Counted from the whole stretch's first letter, positions 1-13,599 are shown. The stretch: DNA of 63,171 nt, filler included, from Rhabdomonas costata (GCA_019059605.1; 42 parts of 42 records of this genome joined end to end with filler, not necessarily neighbours in it); one strand, 5' to 3'. Notes: generated by a model not told the origin, from the letters alone. Program-made: numbers and translations.

Positions 1-788
1 GGGGTGTGGTGTTCCTGGGTCTGCTGCTGTGGTGGGCGCTGCGGCCTGCCCCGTGCTGTGCCCCGCCCAGCCTGCCCTGCCCCACGGCAGTGCTCCCCGT
101 GGGCCCAGGAGGCTCGTGTGCCAGCCCGTACGGGTACGGGCAGGTCCCCACAACGGCCCTCCCGTGCATGGCATAACATGGTTTTCGCGAGCCTGTGGAT
201 AAAAAAGATAAAAGAAAGCAGAGGATCCTCCTCCTGCTGAAAAGTGGGATTATGTGTTTTTTGTTTTGCCTGAGTCTTTGAGTCCCGGCAACCTTTTCTT
301 GTTTTGCACTCCGCGTTTTTTGTCATCGCTTCATTCTTATTTGTTACCGCGCGCAGTGAACAGGGCATTATCAGCTCCGTGGCGAGCTTAATGGCTGGCG
401 GCCTTTTGTGTTTATCATGTAAATCTTTTTGGGGGGGCGAAAGAAGCGGTTGGCAGCCTCGATGACTGTGCCACTTAATTCGAAGACAGCACGCATCCTT
501 TATCCTCCCTTGAGACGTGGCAGGCCTCCGTGCACAACCTTTTCAGTACGAAGCTGGACTCAGACGGAAGTGCAAGAACAGCAGCTCAGCATTCCGATCG
601 AGATTGCAATTGCAATTGCATTCAGGCTTTTGCTTTTGCTGTGCTTTGGTTTACGAGTGTAACATGTTTATTTAGGTCGGGGGCTCTGCTAGAGAAGGGA
701 GGTACTTGTTCATAATGGCTATAATACCCCGTTATACGGGCCCCCCCCCAAGTATCATTTCACCACCATTTGACGGTGATGGGCTCCA

Positions 789-869
789 CGGTGCGTGGTC
801 GCCACGCCCAACGGTAACCACTTTGTTAGCGGCTGTGTGGACAAGACGATCAATATTTGGGATCTTCAA
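789..869 (+). pseudogene. WD40-repeat fragment (degenerate or isolated exon)
   Basis: Frame +3 reads RCVVATPNGNHFVSGCVDKTINIWDLQ, matching the WD40 pattern (SG..DKTI.IWD). There are in-frame stops just upstream and no clean acceptor. Confidence 0.5.
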
Positions 870-1153
870 GTCATGGCTGACCTTCACTCGGCTTTCCCAC
901 AGAACAACAGTGCCGCCTTCCCTTTTCTGGGCTAAGTGCGGTCGAGCATTGGTTATCTTTATCATGCCAACAATATTCAACATGTGCTTCTCTCCGACAA
1001 CTCCGACGCTCCTCCGGCGCTTCGCAGAGCCAGGTGGGTCCCCAACAAGTAGCCAGCTCCAAAAGATCTGAGATGAGAGCGGAACACGCTTCCCTCTTCG
1101 GACCCCTTTGCAGTGGAAAGTGCATGATGTCGCTAATTCAGTTACTTATGAGA

Positions 1154-1200
1154 GCCTTTCACCAATGATGGTTTCCCCTCTCCCCTCTCGTCAGAAAAGC
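1154..1200 (-). ncRNA. Minimal type I hammerhead-like relic
   Basis: Minus strand reads GCTTTT CTGACGA gaggggagaggg GAAA CCA tcat TGG TG AAAGGC. The core boxes, stem I (6 bp) and stem III (4 bp) are present. Stem II is unpaired and N17 is G. Confidence 0.3.
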
Positions 1201-1859
1201 CGCTGGACGTCCGTACCGCGCATTTTTGATTTAGGACAGAGAACATCCCTTGCTTTCTGAATTATACCAGTGTCTACGTCCGCCTGCGTTGAATAACGCC
1301 ACAGCCACCCTGTTACGAGGAACCCCCGAGTAAACCTTCTACAGATCCCTGAGACAGCCCTCCGCCAACCCGAGGCCCTGAGGTGAGGTGGACGCTAACC
1401 CAAACCCNNNNNNNNNNNNNNNNNNNNNNNNNNNNNNNNNNNNNNNNNNNNTTAATTAATTAANNNNNNNNNNNNNNNNNNNNNNNNNNNNNNNNNNNNN
1501 NNNNNNNGTGGTGGGGGTGTGGGTAACCCATTTCTGGTCCATGTGACATGAAATTCTCTTCTGGGAAAGCGCACGGTGGGAAGAAAGTAAGCTCTCTCAA
1601 AAAGTAGTTCCCTTTGAAGTGGCGCCACCCACAATTTTTTTCCTTCTTTGGTTTGATTGTCGCCAGTGCTGAGGTTGACGGGAAAAAGCCGACGCGCAAC
1701 AAAGGTGCACCGGGTGCAGGGGTGCAAAGCAGCATTCTATAAATCACAGGCACTTACTTTCAAATGCAAAAGAATCGTATCATTGTATCATTGACCAGAA
1801 GACACTTCCATCTTCAGCGGGGATAGGGAGGAACAACCACTCTCACTGCCGATGCCTCC

Positions 1860-2914
1860 TTAGGCGGCGGAGAACAACGAGACCATACGAACTCCAGGAT
1901 CCTCCTCCTCCTCCTCGGGGCAGATTATGGGGCCTGATTATGCGTATATTTTTGTGACCCGCAGCCCTGTCTACCTCATAAGTAGCAGCCAGCAAGGCGC
2001 GGCCCAGGCCCTTCATCATGCGCTTGGCGGCACGCTCCTGCTTTGCTCGGGCGGCAATCTCCTCGGCGAGCAGGTGGGTGGAGGTCACCAGGGCAACCAG
2101 CTGGCCACGCTCCTCGCGGGCCACCTCGGTCCGGCCCTGGAGCTCCGCCCCCACAACCCGACACACCCGCCGGAGGTGCTCCCTGCCACACAACAGGAAC
2201 AGGTCATAATACTTTTCTTTTTTCGAACCCTGCTTGCCATGCGTCGGTCGCTCGACCTCACCTCGCTTTTCTGGAAGGAACGCGCAAATCTGAGGGGCGG
2301 AGGAGGAGGATCTCATGCTTTTTTATATGCAAGAGCAATCATAGCCACGCGCACGTAAGCCAATTCTATTACGAAATACGAGAGAGACAAGAGGTTCCAG
2401 TGGAGGAGGGGGAGGGGTTGACAGCAGCTTACCCTTCCGCGTCCTCTACAGCGCAAAGATGCTCCCGCGCTCGAGTCTCGGCATGGAAAAGCTCCTCCCG
2501 GAGGCGGCTAAAAGACCCGTCAAGGCGTTCCTGCAGGACTCGCTGGTGCTGACTCCGCAGTTCCTTTTGTACAGAGAACACGTAACTTCAGCATTACTGC
2601 GAGGCTGCATTCAAAGTTTTCGCAAGGAAAACGAGGAATTTCAAATGTTGATTAAATGAGATTTATTTAAGAAGCGGGTCCGGGTTACAAAATGAACAAC
2701 CGGAGGATTAGCGCTCGGCAGCGGAAAAGAAAAAGAGGCGTTTTCAAAAAAGGAGCAGTGAGACAGTGGGGTAAGGAGCACACATCCGCAGACCGGCAAA
2801 AAAACACCGTTATACAGTCAAAAGACCCTCCACCCTCGCCACTGAAGAATAAAAACAGCAGACGGACCTCTTCCTGAGAGGCCAAGGTCTCCCGCTGGAT
2901 CTGCTGCTCGCCCA
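1860..2914 (-). CDS. Coiled-coil protein, last four exons
   Basis: Exons <2914-2868, 2563-2433, 2182-1975 and 1913-1860 have GT/AG borders and matching phases, and end ...YEEEEEDPGVRMVSLFSAA*. Confidence 0.6.
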
Positions 2915-4845
2915 NNNNNNNNNNNNNNNNNNNNNNNNNNNNNNNNNNNNNNNNNNNNTTAATTAATTAANNNNNNNNNNNNNNNNNNNNNNNNNNNNNN
3001 NNNNNNNNNNNNNNGGGTGGTTTGTGCGTGTGTGCGTGTGCGCATGCGAATCCCTGCCGAGAAGTGCGCAGCAGTTCTTTGAAGTTTCGCTTGCCGCCTG
3101 GTCATTTCGAGAGTTTAGTCCATACCAATTCCCGTAAAAGTCTGAAACATTGGTCATTAACTTTGCCATTCTGCAACATGCAATGTGAGATGTAAAATAC
3201 ACTCTGATTTCCGCTTTGGCGGCTCCACTTTCCAAGTTCCATCTCTGGTGTCCTCTTCTTATGTGGCACGGACAATGGACGATGCGGATGGGACACTCAC
3301 TCTGGGAGAAGGACAACATACTCACCTGGTCTTGTTGTATGTGCATAAGAATCCGGCAAAGAAAATGTAAATAGCCACAAAACACTGGAAAAGTCAATTT
3401 ATAGTTTTTGGCCCATGTCATCTATTGAGGCCGGGCTAATGTTTAACACCTGCTGGGATTCCCACGTGCGGGGTTGTGCCGCATTATCCACATCCAAAGG
3501 AATCAGACCGAAACAGCACTTCACCTCTCCTAGGCCAGAAAAAAAGCAAGGGTTTTCGACACGGAGGCAGCAAAACCCGCTGTGACTCGGTTTGACACTG
3601 TGCTTAAAATGATGAGCACGTGCGACGCTGCCCTAGCAACAGGGAAGAGAGAGGGGGGGCATTGTCAATTTTGCACAGGCACCTCTGTGGGGCCTCGCCA
3701 AGGGCACGCCAAGCCTTCACTCCAGCACCCCGGCAGGTCCCCAAAGATCGCTCTGCCCACGTTCGCCATCGCCTGCAAGACCCAAGCACCACACAAAATA
3801 CTGAGCCAAGCCAAGGCACGACAGACCAAGGAGAAAAACGACACTTAACTGGGCTCTATCTGTTTGCGCGGACCAAAATACACCCGGAAGAATGTAGGCA
3901 AAGAATCTCCGCAAAGGGGGAAGTACTGTCATGGTTTGCCGTTAGATATGTAAGAGACACAAGCAAGGCAAGCAACTTTCCATGGCAAACCACAGAGGAG
4001 GTTCCGTGGCGATAGGCCGCTGCTGTGAAGAAGCTGCTGTGGTGCCGGTGGTTGGCCTGGTCTGCTCACTGGCCCTCCGGGCATCCGTGGCGGCCTGCCG
4101 GGCCGCTCGTGCCACCCTCTCTGAGGCTTCTGCCAAGCTTTCTTTGGCTCTGCGAACGTTGGAACGTTGTACGCTGGTGTTAGATGCGGACAAATCGGAG
4201 ATGTTGCATTTCGGGGGGGAGGGGGAATGAGCTAATTGAGAAGGGCGCGGCATTGACAAAAGTACCAGCAGAGGAGCACGCCAAAACCATCCCCATCGGG
4301 GGTCCCCATCATGCAAGCATATTGCGCAGACAAACGCATACACCCGTACCCACACTCTGGCCCTGCCCACCCAATGCAAGTGCAAGTGCTGGTGCATGTC
4401 TTTGAAGGGACCGCCCCCAACNNNNNNNNNNNNNNNNNNNNNNNNNNNNNNNNNNNNNNNNNNNNTTAATTAATTAANNNNNNNNNNNNNNNNNNNNNNN
4501 NNNNNNNNNNNNNNNNNNNNNGGAACACGGGGCCAGGTCAGCTAACGGGCAGCAGTGGAAGGAAGGTAAAGGTTTTGCAAAAGAAAGGTTTTGTTGGTTA
4601 CGACTGCAATTAAGATGCAGCAAGCTATGACTATGAAACGCTGAAGCAGTTCTGTAAAGTGCTGCCTGCCACTTCGGAGTAAGTAAAAATAGATTCCGCA
4701 GAGATTGCACTCGAAGGAACTGGCAGAGGCCTGTAAAAAAGGCCACTTCGATTGTCCCATTCTCACCAGTAATGAACTCCAAATCATCTTTCCATCCCAG
4801 TCTGTCAAACAAAGTCAGTGTGCATCTGAAGCACAAAGAGCGCAC

Positions 4846-5536
4846 CTTGCCCTTCTCTTGCCCAGCCTCTGGGGAGGTTCGGCCGAGGTCGTCGTCGAGG
4901 TCTTCCGCAGGGGCGGGGATGTCCTTTATCGAGACAGCCCCCTCGGCCCCCTCCGCGCCTTCCTCCTCCTCCTCGCGCTCGTACTCCACCATACCATCCT
5001 CATCGTCGATGAACACCGCGGAGTTCAGCTCGTACAGCATTCGCCCCGTGAGGTTGCCGGCCTTGATCCTACGCCGCCGTTGGTTTTATTTTTTATCTGT
5101 CACCTTACTTTCCTCACCAGATCCACTAGTTCGCTGCAGTTCAGAACAATGGCAAAAATCAAAACAACCCACGAAACAAGCGCGCACCTACACATTCGCT
5201 CACGAGCTCTATCTCCGACTCGGCATAAAGGATGATGAAGGTTTGATAGTTTCACGCTAGCATTGCAAGCACTCCATGACCCTGCACTTCAGCTTTGCTG
5301 GGATTCAAGGACAATCGTCATCCACGCCGTCGGTGGAAGTGCACCTTGAAGAATCTGGGTTCGAGAATCTCTCTTCCTCTCTCCCTCCCTCGTCCATGGG
5401 TTTCCGACCTGGCCATTCGCTTGTTCTTGTCCTCTGCAGCCTTTTCCTTGCGCTTGGCGTCCTTCCATTTCTTGAAGCTCTCGGGGTTCACCTTGGTGCC
5501 CACAATTGCCCCACTCTCCAGCTTTGACCGCAGCTC
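4846..5536 (-). CDS. ZC3H15: ZC3H15/Tma46 (DFRP1)-like protein, C-terminal exons
   Basis: Exons 5536-5409 and 5068-4846 join in phase 2 to give GTKVNPESFKKWKDAKRKEKAAEDKNKRMARIKAGNLTGRMLYELNSAVFIDDEDG, the DFRP C-terminal signature. Confidence 0.75.
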
Positions 5537-6131
5537 CTGCGCAACGAAGTGCAGCAGCAGGAAACAAGACAGCGCAATAAATGTGTAATTTGCTTCAAAG
5601 CACTCAAAGGAGAGGGCAAATGATGCAAAGCATTCGGAGGATGGAGCAAAAATGCACGGGAAAAAGGACAGAGGACGCATCGGGCAGGGCTGATCGCCCC
5701 AATCGGATCCACATATTCATATTAGGGGAATTTCACACTGGTGTCCTTTGTGAGAATGTGAGAAGGGAAAGCCCGCACCTCCCGCAAAAGTGCGCCTTTT
5801 GCTTACGACTAAAGCCTGATCACTGCAAAAGTAAAGACCTTTTCAACACTATGGTACTTGATGGCATAGTTTTTGGAGAAAAATATTCCCGTGAACACCA
5901 TCCTAGGGGCAAGCACTTCACCAACAACNNNNNNNNNNNNNNNNNNNNNNNNNNNNNNNNNNNNNNNNNNNNTTAATTAATTAANNNNNNNNNNNNNNNN
6001 NNNNNNNNNNNNNNNNNNNNNNNNNNNNGGTTTTGGGGGATACTGGGTACACGGGATAAACTCAATCGGCCACTGACCTTTGAATGAGAGGAGATTTTTG
6101 TTTGGGGGACATTTGAATTGGGGGGAGGGGG

Positions 6132-6383
6132 CATCAAACGCTTCACAGTGTTAAGCGTTTGATGGCGTTCACCGTTTTGGGACTTCGTGGATCGATTGGG
6201 ACAACAACATCAGTTTTGGGTGAATGACAGCGCCATTCACCAAACAGCGCGGAAGCCAGCTCGACGCGCGGCAGGAGCGGATGAGGCGGGGACGTGCCAT
6301 GTGTGGGGGTTATGGTGGGGTCATGCGAAAATTTGAATTTTGGTGTTTAAGCGTGGTAAACACCAAAAATTTCAATGTTTCGC
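6132..6383. repeat. Cluster of three internal hairpins
   Basis: CATCAAACGCTT/AAGCGTTTGATG (6132-6164), GGTGAATG/CATTCACC (6219-6241), and an imperfect ~23-bp stem at 6325-6383. Confidence 0.7.
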
Positions 6384-8122
6384 GCTAGTGATTTCGAATC
6401 GAATAGTTTTTATGTCTCGCTGATTTTCATTTGGATTTCTTCTCTCCGATGATGAAAGAGCAAGGTACGGACGCAACAGAAGCCCATAACGTGCTAACAA
6501 GCACACACTTCACCATTCCCAAACAGTCGAAACCACGTCCACTGAACTCAAAACTGCAACGTACAGCGGGAAAGCCTGGGCTGTGCGAATGAAGGGAAAA
6601 CCCATATGCATCTCCCACTGCTCCAAGATGCACCCCACAGGCCTCGCCCCGCTTTCAACATGCGCAGTAGGCAATGAGCGGTGTCGAACCAACGACCACC
6701 GTTCCGCAGCGGTTTGAAGAGTAAATGCGTTTACTGCGAGGAGGCATTCGGAGACATCGCCTCACACTGAAGCGGGCGTGTGCGCCGTGGGTTGCTGCTG
6801 CGATGGGTACATTTTCCCAAGGCAGAAGGAATCCCTTCAAGCAACTCTGTCTTCACTGACGCTTCAAAGGCACGTGGCAGTAGACGCCGTTGAGGGGAGG
6901 GGGCCCCTCAGAGCACTCCCAGAGCTCCGGTCACGCACCACGGCTTGTCCAGCCCCCACAAGAAATCCGTGGAGCATTTCTTTCCACCTGCATCAATGTG
7001 GACGCATGGCTTTTGCAAAAAAGCATGTCATGCTTGCTGGTAGGCTCATGCAATCCTTATCAGAGGCACGTGCTGAAAGCTGACCAAGGGCATCCCATTG
7101 CCTTAAGGGCATCCGATTGCCTTCGTAAATACTGAATGGAATCATGACGCAAACCATGGAACACCGTATCCAAGACATTTGCCCTTTTTTATCTTGATCT
7201 AAAAACGGCTCACGATGACAAGCGTTTATACCTGACATGTCCCCTACCCCAAAATACAATTGTCGTACACCTGCATCCACGGCAAACGCAGTGCTGGCAC
7301 CACTCAAGGGCCACCGATCAACCACAGGGGCAATGACAATACTTTCGATGCTCATGTCTTTCTCTTCCAATCCGACATCCAACAACACTGGCCCCACGGG
7401 GCCCGGTGTTTCACTGGCAATCCGCACAAACAACCNNNNNNNNNNNNNNNNNNNNNNNNNNNNNNNNNNNNNNNNNNNNTTAATTAATTAANNNNNNNNN
7501 NNNNNNNNNNNNNNNNNNNNNNNNNNNNNNNNNNNGTGTGGTTGGTTGTTGGGGGTCTTGAGGGCAAGAAAATGAACAGAGGAATTGGGCAAGAAAGAGT
7601 GTTGTGGAATCATGAATTGGTACGGTGTTGCGCGAGCGCGGGTGTAACAAAGCACATTGTGCCAGTGTGCAAAATGAGGGGAACTAATAAGAACTAATAA
7701 GAAGATCAATGGACAGGCTTCAAGTGGCATTGATAGAAGGTGTGGAAGCGGGAAAGCACCAACAGTCACAGGGGGAAAGGGTCGAGCTACAGCCACGGAG
7801 CCTGAGGGTCTGAGGGTGTTCATTCGAAGGAAATCTCTGTTTTGAAACGCGCTTGGGTTTCACGGAGTAAATATGCAATGACAGTTTACTGTGTGATATA
7901 TCCTCTGTAGAACTTCTAAGGTGGTGGATGGCGGGCATGTGTATTGATTGCGGGTTGTGTCCTTGGTGAGGTGAAATTTTGTCTTTATCTGCCTGCAGGT
8001 GTCCTTGTAGACAGAAGTCCTGACGACTTGTTTCGAAAAAAGCGTTACCACGGGTTCGGGGACGTGCAAGCACACCCATATTGTCGCGCAGTCACACTGG
8101 CACATCACTCATGCAAATGCAG

Positions 8123-8250
8123 AGTCGTCGGCATTGGAATTGCTGCACGAGGCGGAGTCCTTTGGCTCCCCTCTGTTCGACCTAAAGCAGTTCCGGAGGA
8201 CCATGGTGGCGAAGCTGTTCCCCACCGCCCTCTTCCTCACACAGCTCTGA
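8123..8250 (+). CDS. Probable terminal exon, unknown protein
   Basis: After tgcag, a GC3-rich frame reads SSALELLHEAESFGSPLFDLKQFRRTMVAKLFPTALFLTQL*. Confidence 0.35.
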
Positions 8251-9348
8251 AGCCAGTGGGGAAAGCCAGAGCCTTTCCTCTGAACTCCCCTTTGTACTCT
8301 CACCGCATTTCCCTCTCCACTGTTGTAGCCTTCCTCCTCTTCCTCCACTTCTCCTCTCCTTCCACCTCTGGCCTGTTACTTTGATGGGTCAGAACCTAGA
8401 ATCCTCGCGTCCCAACCGCACGCCATTCCCTTACTCTCGGCTGTTGTATCTGGCCACCGCCTGCGTGGTCGGAAAAATATTCCACTTGCTCCACCAACCT
8501 TCCCTGGACTGTCTCAACGAAAGAGGATGACGTCGTTGGACCTTTCGGCTTTTCTGCTGCGCCATCATGAGGTGCCAGTTAGCCTTCCACTGGAAAAGGG
8601 GAGAGGGAGCCCAACCACGCTCGTATAACGGTTCTGTGCTTTTCTTGTCGAAGGCTGGGTGGCCAGATCACGTTCCCTGAACTCCACTTTTGCGGATTGG
8701 ATGTTACCCAGAGTTTGATGTGCGTGTACCCGGGTGCCAGCCCTTTTCAGGGCCGAATCTTGGGGCTTTGCTTTGCTTTGCGATCACAGCGCCTCAGCCT
8801 TGGATTACCATTGCACACGCACACAGCACACTCACGAGTGGATGAATAGCGAGCTATGGTTCCGATGCGCCACCCGAGTTACTGAGAGAACGAGTTGGAA
8901 CCATTGAACCATTCACTTTCGGATAAGCTTCGTGGAACCGAANNNNNNNNNNNNNNNNNNNNNNNNNNNNNNNNNNNNNNNNNNNNTTAATTAATTAANN
9001 NNNNNNNNNNNNNNNNNNNNNNNNNNNNNNNNNNNNNNNNNNGGGGGGGCGTTATACGATGAAAAACGAAACTAAACCACAGGGGCCAGGCCAATCTCGA
9101 CGCAATGTGTATACTTCGGTTTGACGTGTATCTCCACGCAGACTCCCAGGTAACGTTCCCAGCTCAACCACCCGCTCCGGCCGCGCCGCGGGCTGGCTTC
9201 TGCCCCTAAACTAATCCTAAAGCCAACAAAGGGATGAGGTCCTATCACCAATACTGCCAGCCTGAAAGGTGTGGTGTCTGGTGTGTTTCCAGTTGAAGAG
9301 CAAACAATTCACTTTAATACACCCGAACACGCGCATACACAAGCGCAC

Positions 9349-9535
9349 CAAGTTTAGCGCGGTGACGCAGAAGATGGCCCAGTCGAAGAAGGCGTGCCGA
9401 ACGATTGTGCGGAGCTTCCGTCGCCCCACGCTCAGCGTGTGCATCAGGCAGCTCGGGTGGTGGACCTCGAACCCAGTCCAGTCCGCATTGGTGCTGACAT
9501 ATTCTCCGTCGCGAGTTCTCCGCTGCGACTCGGTG
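9349..9535 (-). CDS. Voltage-gated ion channel superfamily exon (pre-S1 and S1)
   Basis: cag|...RRKLRTIVRHAFFDWAIFCVTALNL|GTGCGC resembles the Nav/Cav S1 pattern (IV.H..FD..I...I.LN). Confidence 0.65.
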
Positions 9536-12500
9536 CTGACGTAAACGAAAACAAAACAGATTCTTTGATGAAAACCTAACTGCGCACCTGCAATTTGGTA
9601 TCCTCTGGTGTTTACTGAGGAAAAATACGAGGTCTGGATATGCTGTACACTCTAACTTTCAAAAACGTGTACAAAAGATGAAAGATGTCTCCTTTGGTGG
9701 GGAGCTGCGGGCCTGAGAATTGACTGTGCCTGCAGGTGTGTTGGGCGCATTGCGCGCTGGCTGTTGCCTGGTTGTGTGTGTGTGTAAAAATAAACTTGTG
9801 TCTGAAGTAATATACCAAGTCTTTCACACAAAAGCCGCAACAACCTCAGAAACCTCAGCACCTCAAAAAACAGAAACAGATTTCTCCACATGGGCCTATG
9901 CAGAATCGAGAAGTGAGTGACTTGGGAGGGCAAGGTGCCCGGGTTGCCATGTCAGGATTCATCTGAATTACATGTGGCAGCCACCGTGGGAGGAGAATGA
10001 TCATGAAATTCCAACCTCACCCAATCCATCCAAACTCCAAGTGATCAAATGGGAACTCAAAAGATTCAGGGAAAAGAGTGACAGAACGGTGGCAACATTC
10101 TCTGGTTCGCACACTGAAGAGGAGGAAGGCCCAGAAGAGAGAGAGGTGGGAAGCCAACACAACGCGTACCATTGCCGAAAGCGCCTGGTGATGGCATCAA
10201 AGAGGCTCCTGCGCTGCGGGGCGAGACTCAGGGAGACAGCCGCGCCGCCCTGAGAGTGACCCGTGCCCGCTGCCCTGCGGAAAGAAGAGTTGAACTTGGC
10301 ATGAGGACTCCGGCTATCCTCCCCCCCCCATCCCCGGATGCGGAGACCATTCTGGATACTCCTGACAACCTCCTTGCCTCCAAACCGTAGGCGTGTTGCT
10401 GGTGGGGCTGCGTACATAACCAAAGGAACCTTGGCCCCCCCCCACACCNNNNNNNNNNNNNNNNNNNNNNNNNNNNNNNNNNNNNNNNNNNNTTAATTAA
10501 TTAANNNNNNNNNNNNNNNNNNNNNNNNNNNNNNNNNNNNNNNNNNNNGGGTGTGGGGGCGTTTGCAAGCAAAAGGATGGATTATTGTCCATTTTTCCTC
10601 ACAGGAATTGCCCCCTTTTAAATCAAGTTTTGTCGTTTACATTTGGGTCATGGCAGCATTGGGCGACACGTGTTAAAGTGAGGGTCGTGACACTGTCACC
10701 TCGGAACGAAGTTTAGCCCTCCAGCACCTTCAGAGCTCTCCCGTGCCCGTGCGCCGGTTTCAACAAACAACGCAGTTTTCAACGTAGTGTTGTAACTCCC
10801 ATGTACGTAAAAGGACAACATTCAGTTTGTGTTCAGCAACCATTAGTAGCGTTTGGCTCCCTCCCCGACCACAGGCCGAATGGGAAGTTGGGATAGACTG
10901 GAGGGATGATGTTCTATGCTGGGTAAGGAAGAAGAGGCAGTGGGGGGCGTCCCGTGCCTGTTCCGCGGCTACTGCAAACGTTGCGCACAGCTGCCGTCCA
11001 GCGCGCAGAGGGAAAGCCCCAGGGGCGGTTACTACAGGCACCCATAAGAGCAGACACAGTGGAGGAACAGCTGCAGGGTCAACCTTGAAGGCTAACAGCA
11101 TACGCAGCGTCTGCGCGCGTGCCTGGGAATTTCCTCCGTTTATCAAATCCGGATCGCCTTTTTGCGCGACAAAGAGCCGACCAAAACAAAAACAAACTCA
11201 TATACCCTCATATACCTCATATACATAATAAATAACAAAATAAATATACATAACTCATATACCCTCATATCAACGGCGAAGATGGTTTGCACGGCAAAAA
11301 TAAACCTTCCAGGTGCATTTGTTATTCCGACACAATCCCGGTCAACAAGAGTTTGAAAAAAACGGCTCAAGAACCAAAGTGACATATGCGCGCTCTTTCA
11401 GTCAACGGTACCCTCAAGCAGAACTGCACCGCTGGAGTCAGCGATTATGACCACTTCGACGGCACGATACCTACGAAGGAGGGGAGGAGGAAAAGGGGAG
11501 AGGGTAATCGGAATTCACCGGCAAGTTGGCAGCGGTGGTTGGTGTGTGTGTGGGGGGGTGGACCCACCAAAAGAAGAAGTGAACGCTGCATATTTACGCG
11601 CTTGCCGCCCATGCTTGCATACCCTTGCTAGAATCGTCCGAGAATTTCGTGCTTCTTCTGTACCTTTTCTTCGCCCACCCTCCCAGTGTGAGAAATAGCT
11701 CGAAGGAAGCAGAAGAAAGCAGATCCACATTGAAAAGCACCACTGGTTTACACCCTTCGCCAAACCAGATGAGAATTCTCGGACCCTTCTCCGCCGGGGT
11801 TCGAACCTTTTCTGTCCGAACATTTTTCCTGTCATGCACTGAGGTCGGCTTGAATCCATGTCACGGTCTATCACGCTGGTCTCGATTAAGCGTTAGGATA
11901 AAGGCAACTCTGGCCCCACCCCAACAAGGATTTCCCCTGTGAAACAAGGGGCCCANNNNNNNNNNNNNNNNNNNNNNNNNNNNNNNNNNNNNNNNNNNNT
12001 TAATTAATTAANNNNNNNNNNNNNNNNNNNNNNNNNNNNNNNNNNNNNNNNNNNNTCACCCCGTGGGCGCTGAAGCCCTCTGCCCTACAGACTGACAACC
12101 TGTTCCCAAGGTGTCCGGTTGCTTTTCCCGCCCGTCGGCTTCGTCGATTCCGCAGTCGTCATCTGAGCTTCTCGTCAGTGGTCGATGGATGTGTCGAAGA
12201 ATGTGGTGGTCATAACCGGGCTGTCCTCGCAAACTGTGTGCAGCTAAAGATAGCAGGGAACAGATAGCACAGATAGTGAATAATACTGCTCAGAGGTCAG
12301 CGGCATAGAGGTACACAGGCCCCTCAAATCTGGTTCCTCTCAACGCTGCAACGCTGCTTACCGATTGCTCGTCGAATGGGTGTTCCAGACTTTGGTTTCC
12401 GCCTGTAATTGGTGCATGCGTTGCCTGTGGTCCACCAGTTCATAGTTGAAGGGAGTGGCAAGTCTAGAGGCCGTCGGGTTTGACGGTTTGTGCGCCTGGT

Positions 12501-13599
12501 TGTGGTGTTATGTGGTGTGCTGCGCTGCTTATGTGTGTATGTTGGGGCTGGGGGTTGGGAACAGTTTCCCCCTATCACTTATGCCATGGTGGCGATCTTC
12601 CCGTTGCTCGGAGGACTCCCCACCCCCCACCTGAGATCAACGACACTATTGCCCCAATTCCACACAGAAATGTCTTCTTTGTTCTCGTTCCACATCCCCC
12701 TCCCCATCCTCACCGCACCGCGGATTCCCTTTGTTGCTTCGTTTTGTTTCCCTTGGGAGGCTACCCCGACAACACACTCTCTCCTTCTCACTCTTTCTCG
12801 CTTTGCAAAGCCCACCCAAACAAGAAAGCAATATTCTTACAATGTTTTTTCTCTCTGCTTTCTTTGTCATTTCAAAGCAGGGATAATATTCTTTCTCATC
12901 GGGGAGGTATTTTATGGTAATATTTTCTACTGGGGTGCACGAGGTGTTGCATCACCCCGTGATTCTGACTCCCTTGCACTTGTATTACTTTTACATGTTG
13001 GTGTCATCGCTCGTGGCTGTCTTTTATTTCGTTGTGCGGTTACCTTGCTTCGTTGCCTGCATCTCCCTCTTGCCGCCGTCACCGTGCACATCTCCGGGGC
13101 TACTTCCCATTTGGTTTGCTTTTGAAAACCGTTGGCTTTCCATTAGATGTGCGAGAAAAAAGGGCGTGCCCCCTTTCTCGATCACGACTCTCTCACACTT
13201 CCGCCGTGTGTGCGTTCCTGACGCGAGCGCTGAGCTCGTAGAATACACACTCACATTGCGTACCCCTTTTGAGCCTTTTTCTTGGCCTGTACCTCAGCTC
13301 TATGGCTGTGGTGCAGAAAAAGGGTACCCCCCGAAACACTCTGTTCCACTGCCTCCGGTTTTGTAGTCCATTTCTGTACACTGTATTGCGGTACTTTATC
13401 TCCTTCGTCCCTCTCCTCCCCCCTTCACACACTCACGCTTTTGAATTGCACACCCCCCCACCNNNNNNNNNNNNNNNNNNNNNNNNNNNNNNNNNNNNNN
13501 NNNNNNTTAATTAATTAANNNNNNNNNNNNNNNNNNNNNNNNNNNNNNNNNNNNNNNNNNNNGTGGTTGGGGAGGCAAAATCTTTGTAAGCTTTCTCAC

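Noticed and set aside
1408-1507. Regularly spaced TTAATTAATTAA as a CRISPR-like or biological repeat
   Set aside because: It is always embedded in N runs. It is an artificial six-frame-stop linker.
1395-1525. GT/CA-rich contig ends as telomeres of gene-sized nanochromosomes
   Set aside because: The polarity is opposite to telomeres (G/T at 5' starts, A/C at 3' ends), there is no fixed repeat unit, ends cut through exons, and the tails match WGA primers.
10760-11146. Degenerate ankyrin-like ORF
   Set aside because: It lacks the TPLH core and convincing splice borders.
11785-11812. GGTTCGAACC B-box suggesting a tRNA
   Set aside because: No T-stem, anticodon arm or acceptor stem can be formed on either strand.
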